Source: Callorhinchus milii
Lineage: Eukaryota
Direction of reading: 5' to 3'
Assembly (NCBI RefSeq): GCF_018977255.1
Contig: NW_024704749.1
Coordinates: forward strand, 2,852,001-2,916,000
DNA length: 64,000 nucleotides
Translations under genes and position numbers: made by a program
In this document: in pieces, positions 57,747 to 64,000 of the stretch
How positions within the stretch are numbered: position 1 is the first letter of the stretch
Layout: every line of letters starts with the position of its first letter
The notes under the pieces: model-generated
What the model was told of the DNA's origin: nothing
Databases searched by the model: none
Seen by the model: only the letters and a program-made list of their open reading frames with translations

Positions 57747-60088
57747 CACTCTCCGGGTGGCATCGTCCAATGGGATTCCTTATTCGGAACAGGAGATTGA
57801 AGATCATGCAGATTTGAAGCATTTTACCGCTCATATTTCAAAAGATATTTCATGATAATATTGCATAACGTTTCTCCCTGAAGAGTTTGGTTTATTTATA
57901 CATTTTTATTTCAAATATGAAACAAACTATTTCCTGCAAAAGCTTATTGGTTACAACACTTGCCTCGTAGGCAACAGGACCTGGGTCGATTTCCGGGCAG
58001 GGTCAAATGTTGGGCAATTTTCAAAATCTGCTCACTCGATTCACGACTGTTTGTAGGACAGTACATTGCACCATCCCATCTGCTGCCGAGTTTCGCCTAC
58101 AACTTATACAGTCAATTAACTTGACAGCTTTGGGACTTCCAGACGACAAAATAAGGCACTATATCAAATGCAAGGATTATTACAATTTATAGTAATCACA
58201 CAACACACTATTATTTACAGAATAGTAGAAAAGTCTTATACCATTAAATATTTATATATATCATGGCTTTGCAGCGTGTCAATCCTGCAAGACCACTTGC
58301 CTAGTTTAATAGGGAATTTCGCTGTTGTGGAGCTTGTTCTGATGTGCCATAATTGTTTCATCATTTTGTTGGGTTCTGGACAATGAGCAGTATAAGACGA
58401 GCTTATCCTTTATAGCCCTCCTTTATCTAAGGACCCACGAACAGAGGAACCAGACACTTGCACGCTGACCTGCTACACCTGACTTTCGACAGACCCGCAC
58501 TGGAAGCCACATTTTACAAGCTATAGTTGCCATCCTCAAATTATATGTAGTGTTTCGAGAATTTCACACTATAAACTGTCCAAGTCACCTTCCCGCAGTT
58601 TCCAGTCCCCATCCTTCCCTCACACTGGGATCCTATGGACTCCACTATGCCGTATTACAGATGCAATCTGTTTAGCAAGGTGAACCTATCACCCTACCCT
58701 CGCCCGGGGCCATTGCTGCCCACCTCCCAGCTCAAAAGCTTCATGATCGCCTTCAAAGCCCTCTACAGATTTATTCCTCCTTACCTCTGCGTCCTACAAA
58801 TCCCTTCACCTCGCTCCCTCCCTTGACTCCTTCAATGTCCATCTTAAGACCTCCTCGTCGACCGCTTCCTATCCCTACCCTCTCTGCCCTCCACCCATCC
58901 TGATCCCAATCCCCAGCTCGAGACTCAACCCCTTACTGCCTCGCATCTTGAGGCACCCTCCCTACGTGAAAGGCGCTGCACGCATGTAATTAGCTGTTGT
59001 TATTGCCAGAATAGGAGCCCGAGTCCCACTTCCTAATGCTAAAAGAACGTTTCTCTCTTGTAACGTTATCAATGCTGAAAGGAGTCAGGGCTCTGTTGAT
59101 CCGCTAGCAGAGAGGACAGCAACCCACTGAGAGATAGGTACATGCGATATATTATTCATGTAGTGTTTGCTCTGTTTCTAACATGTAAAGACAATGCCAC
59201 AAATGACACCAGGCCCTGCTAATTTGCGATTTCACTCGTCAAACATTTCGTGAATCAGTTCGATATCATCACACAGGAATCGGATTGGGGCTGCGATATC
59301 ATCCTCCACCTGCATTTTAAATTGTCCTTTGGTGCTTTCAGCCGAAATATCAGGTAGAGCCTGTCATGTGTGGAAAGGTTTGCACTTTGGTAAATTGTTC
59401 TCTTCTGATCTTGGAAGAGAGCCTCGTAATAAATGTTTTAGTGAACGTGTCGTCGCCATGCTTAGACAATGATTTGTAATTCCCCGCCTGTTTCCCTTTT
59501 GCCCTATAACACTGGAGTTTTTCTGATAAAATATTAACAGCTGTAAAATCTATATTTCCTTCCAGTGAACAGAGATGGGATGCCATAAAAATATATAGCC
59601 TCAACTCTGACCTTCCTGTTCCTGACAACTATAATGTGATGTGACATGGAACCGGAAATGTCACAATAGATTTATGTTGCTCAATCTGCTGAACGAAGTG
59701 CAAAGTTCAAATGCAGGTTTCCAGGATCATTCTGACGCTTCCTGTGTTGAATTCTGCGCGTGCGTTGATCCAATGTCACATTTATGACTCAAATGACTTG
59801 CAAATTCGCAGAAACATAGAGCAGCTTTCATTTTAAAACATAACTACTGTACTCCTACATTATGTGTACCATATTATTAAAAATAAATACATAATAATAG
59901 CAACAACATCATCAAAATCACATTGTATAGTGCCTTTCACTATGGGAGGATGCCCAAGGTGCTGGACAATCAATGTTTTGGACCCGAGCTGGGAAGCTGG
60001 TGTGGGATCGGGTAGGGTGGAGGGCAAGGTGGGAAGGAGGGAGATCGAAGACACTGTTGAAGAGGAGAGTCTTGAGGAGGAGAGGAGA

Positions 60089-60498
60089 GTCTCCCTCCTA
60101 CCTCTCCGACCTACTACCCCCTACCTACTTGCCCGTACCTTCCATTCCTCTGGCTCCGGTCTGCTCCACATCCCCCGCCCCAATCGCCCTACCATCGGTG
60201 GTCGGGCCTTCAGCCTCTCAGCCCCTAGGCTCTGGAACTCCATCCCCCAGTGCCTTTGCCTTGCTTCTTCCCCTTCCTCCTTCAACGCCGGTCTCAAGAC
60301 CTTTCTCTTTGACCGTGCCTTCAGCTCCCCTCTCGACTCTCTACCCCCTCCTCACTCTCTCCCTTCCCTCCCCTCACCCTGACCATTTCCCCCTTGCTCG
60401 GGTTCTGACCCAACCGTCCAGCGCCTTGGGACGTCCTCCCGACGTGAAAGGCACTCTATAAATGGAATCTTATTGTTTTTGTTGTTGTTGTTGTTGTT
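60089..60498 (+). mobile_element. Young L2 3' fragment nested in an older antisense L2
   Basis: Near-identical to 36760-37150; (TGT)n tail; flanked by older minus-strand L2 sequence homologous to 51180-51930. Confidence 0.88.
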
Positions 60499-63075
60499 GA
60501 GACGGGACTTGAAAGAGGCAAGAGAGGGTGTGAGCTGAGGGTCTTTGGCATTTAATTCCAGAAAGTGGGGGCAGAGTGGCTGAATGCCACGCCTCAATGG
60601 TGGAATGGGTGAGGTGGGGGACATCAAGTAGGATGGAGCCCGGGAGTGGGCAGGTTGTTAGGGAGTTAGGAAGTCGCAGATGTAGGGGAGAGTAAGGTCA
60701 TGTAGGGCTTTGAAGGTGGGAACCAGGATCTTGAACTGTATGATGGGAAGCCAGTGGAGTCTGGGAAAAATGGCTGTGAGGGGGTGGTGGGATAGGATTA
60801 CAGAGCCTGGTGCAGGAGAGGACACAGGCTGCAGAGTTCAGAATGATCTCCTTGGAGGCAGGATTTTGGGAAGCTGACAAGCAGGGAGTTTGCATAGTTA
60901 AGCCTAGTGTTATAAATGCGTGTATGAGGTTTGCAGCATCATGCAATTTGAGACAGTGGAGAAGCCGGGCGATGTTGTGGAGGTGGGGGGAGGCTGTGCT
61001 GGTCGCGGCACAGATATAGAATGGATAATATATTGGATATAGGAGGGCGTTTCCTGATAATCCACTGGATATACTGTGTATAGTTTCTAGGCAAACATGG
61101 CAGCCAATTTGGGCACAGCAGAGTCTCACAAACAAAATGAAATGAATTTGCATTCATCGAATTTCTGTCCAGGAGACCAGAAGAAATTCTTTCTTCTTTT
61201 TCTGGAGCGATATGGGATCTTTACCATCTTTACCATGAATTGGCAAACAGCATGGCACCTGAAACAACGCAGCATATCCAATTTTGCATTGTGGTGTCAC
61301 CCTGGACAATAGGAATTTAAAGGCCTACTGTGTGACTTGAACCCAAAATCTTCTGCATCAGAGACTAGAATGCTGCCGATTGCACAATGCTGAAACATCA
61401 TGCTGACATGTGCAAAGAAGTCCTGGACTTCTTCATGTCAAAGATTGCAAATATTGCTTTGCTGTATCCTCCTTCCTTACGTCTCCTTCCGCATGTCCAG
61501 ACCATCTACTCCACCCCCACCTGTCACCAAGGCCCCTACAGGTCTTTATTTCGTTCAGTGTTCAGATCTTCATTAAGCTTAATGTGCTATTCTGCTGAAG
61601 TATTTGCATAGCAATACCATGTGATTATTTCCAAGAACATATGCTGTTGAAGATTAAAACTCGTGTTGATCAAGTTTCATTGGTATCTGTTTGTGAAAGT
61701 AAGTGTGCCTTTTTAATGCGTTAGAATAACTATGAAGAAAATGCTGTTTGGGGGACACAGCCAAGGCGCGGTATTGCACCAGATGGTATTTAATTGACAT
61801 GTGTTATTTCGGGGCTTGTCTTGAAATTTAAGTGATAGAGATTTTATAAAGTGTGTTTCTTCTCACAACACAGGCTAACGTTATGTCATTTATATATTTT
61901 GACTGTTCCTTTGTCAAGGAAAAAGGAAGAATTCTGAAGTATGCATTGGCATCGAGCAAACATACCTATAGGTGTTCTCACGAGAGGTCGAGGACCCGAA
62001 ACATTGACTCACGTTCCTTCTCCATAGATGCTGCCTGACCTGCAGTGTGTACCCAGCGACTTCGGTTTTTGTTTTAGATTTACAGCATCTGCAATATTTT
62101 GCGTTTCTTTGCGTTTTGTATCTATAGATGTTGTTGCAGACGTGTTGCTTCTGGGCTTCTTATCCCAGTTCCACTCAAATAATCTAATCTTAAACATTAA
62201 ATTGCATAATCAGCTTCAAAAGCAATTGTATAATATTGAACAATGTTGTAGTTTGCAATAAAAGGGGAAGAGTTCAATGTGACACACGTGCAACTTTGAT
62301 CCTTCGATACAGCGACATCTGCTGATGTTGACACTTCAGCCAAGATGTGGTCAGGCGGAAGATTGAAGAAACGTTTCTCAACAGCAGATTTAAACGGCAA
62401 AATCCACCAGTCCGTCATAACATTTTAAAATGGGCAGATTTGCGGAAATGTTTTAATTTCCACCTTAATTGGGAAGTTGATTCTTTTCAAAGAAATACGG
62501 AAAAGGCGATTTACAAATTACGACTGAATTCAAGATTCGATTAAAGTTTAAGATAAAGCGATCTTACAGCTTGAGACGAGGTGGGATTTTGAGCCTTCGA
62601 AGCCTCCGGAGCGCACAGTACAGAATGAAACCTGTTGCAGGGGAATGCTGTTCGCCTGTTAAATTGTTGCTATGATTTACAAGTATGTAATATTTCCTCC
62701 CGAAAGACATGTCTGTAAACCAAATCCATTGATGGTCGCTATTTTATGTCAAACAAAGTGCAGAATAATACAAACAAGACGAAAACCTCATGGTTTGACT
62801 GATCGGCAAGAAAATATGGAAGAAAATGAGCGACGCACTGAGGCCAATGCAGTGACATTTTACTATCGTTCGATATTCGTGTAATATGACACATGGAGAA
62901 CTCGTACAATTCAACATAAGAATTCCAACAAACGATATGAACTGCGTATTCATTGTTAGCTATTTGGGAAATTTATGACATCATTAACATAATCGACTAA
63001 TTATTAAAAACGCAATTATTATTATTAAAGGTAGATTGCCAATTGTACATTCGACTATCGGTGCACATTCCTGGT

Positions 63076-63398
63076 TTAGGTACAACTGGATCTGGCGATG
63101 CTTTTCTCGAGCGGAGTGGCCAGAGTCTGGTGTTTGACCACACAGGAATACAGGTCGTGTGACTCCCACTCGGAGGTTGGCAGAGTCAGATAACTGCTCA
63201 CACTGTACGTGTTGTCCGCCTGCTGTTTGATCGCACTCGTTTCAACACCTTCACTTCTGGCACTGCCATCCACAGTCCACTCGACCTCCACAGCTCCCGG
63301 GATAAAATCATTCACCAGACACACCAGGGTCGCCTTGCTCTTTGCTGTGATTTGATCTGGTGAAGGCGGAAGGACACTCACCGAAGGGCCCTGTGGTT
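63076..63398 (-). CDS. Ig lambda-type C exon, cluster 4 (V beyond window end)
   Basis: ttccag|AA CCA CAG GGC..SSCT*; 323 nt; 3 aa differences from cluster 2. Confidence 0.95.
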
Positions 63399-64000
63399 CT
63401 GGAAGGAAAAGATTTTGCACTCAGATAATGTTCATTATTTGATAACACGAAGGACAGTTGAAAATTAATTATCAAATCACTGTATGAAACATTTCAACGT
63501 GTTCTTGTCTGTTAACAATAATGTTGAACAGTGACAATGTCCGCCTATAAATGTATTAAATCAGTGAGAAATGGTTAATTTTGATAAGAATTCCTCGCCA
63601 TATCCTCTGTATCTTGTTATACCAGCTGTAGATTCCCACGAATGCATTTACGAAATTGATGAATACAATCAACAGAAACGACAGCAGATAATAAATATGG
63701 TGTCAGAAGGAATATTGCCGGGAGCAGCTGATTGAAAGCGCGGTTAAACTTTAGGATTATTAATTATATCTCTGACCAAGTTAATTCACAAGCCATAGAA
63801 CGGGCAAAAAAAGGCAATAATTGATTGTGTTTGCAACTAAATTCTCCATTCCAATGAATTCCCCGTAAAGGTCCATCGAGCGCCTCGACTTCCAACTATG
63901 CCGAATATTGGGAGGAAATGTGTGAACCTTCGATGACTTTGGGGAGTTTCAATAAACGCTACACAATGGCTGGACACGACTTGTAGTTTCTATAGTTTTC

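Larger units (their letters stand above)
35430..64000 (-). repeat. Tandem array of four Ig light-chain cluster units (starts ~35430, ~40310, ~52240, ~61400)
   Basis: Marker ttca(a/g)tgttcagatct.(t/c)att recurs at ~35470, 40374, 52375 and 61553; colinear homology through the C exon and J-C intron; basal period ~9.2 kb. Confidence 0.92.

Overview
Vertebrate genomic DNA from a cartilaginous fish. The SINE/L2 repertoire and light-chain type suggest a holocephalan such as Callorhinchus milii (inference). Left half, + strand: most of a septin-5 gene (SEPT5; an alternative first coding exon at 8176-8265 plus ten canonical exons to the stop at 23762, 381 aa when spliced), then GP1BB (glycoprotein Ib beta, 30464-31054), the same order as in human 22q11.21. 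Right half, - strand: a tandem array of ~9-12 kb immunoglobulin lambda-type (chondrichthyan type II/NS3) light-chain clusters. Cluster 1 (~35430-40070) is a V-less relic with a deleted C. Cluster 2 is intact (leader 45350-45302, germline-joined VJ 45211-44867, C 42527-42205; 238 aa). Cluster 3 is intact except for a ~235-bp L2 insertion at the conserved FR2 Trp codon. Cluster 4 is cut by the window end (C exon 63398-63076 only). Introns and spacers are dense in tRNA-Ala-derived Deu-type SINEs, L2 and CR1 fragments, LF-SINE-like remnants and MITEs. There are two N gaps. No CRISPR array, rRNA or true tRNA gene was found. Alignments and counts were done by eye, and reference proteins and repeat consensuses were recalled from memory, so they need computational confirmation.
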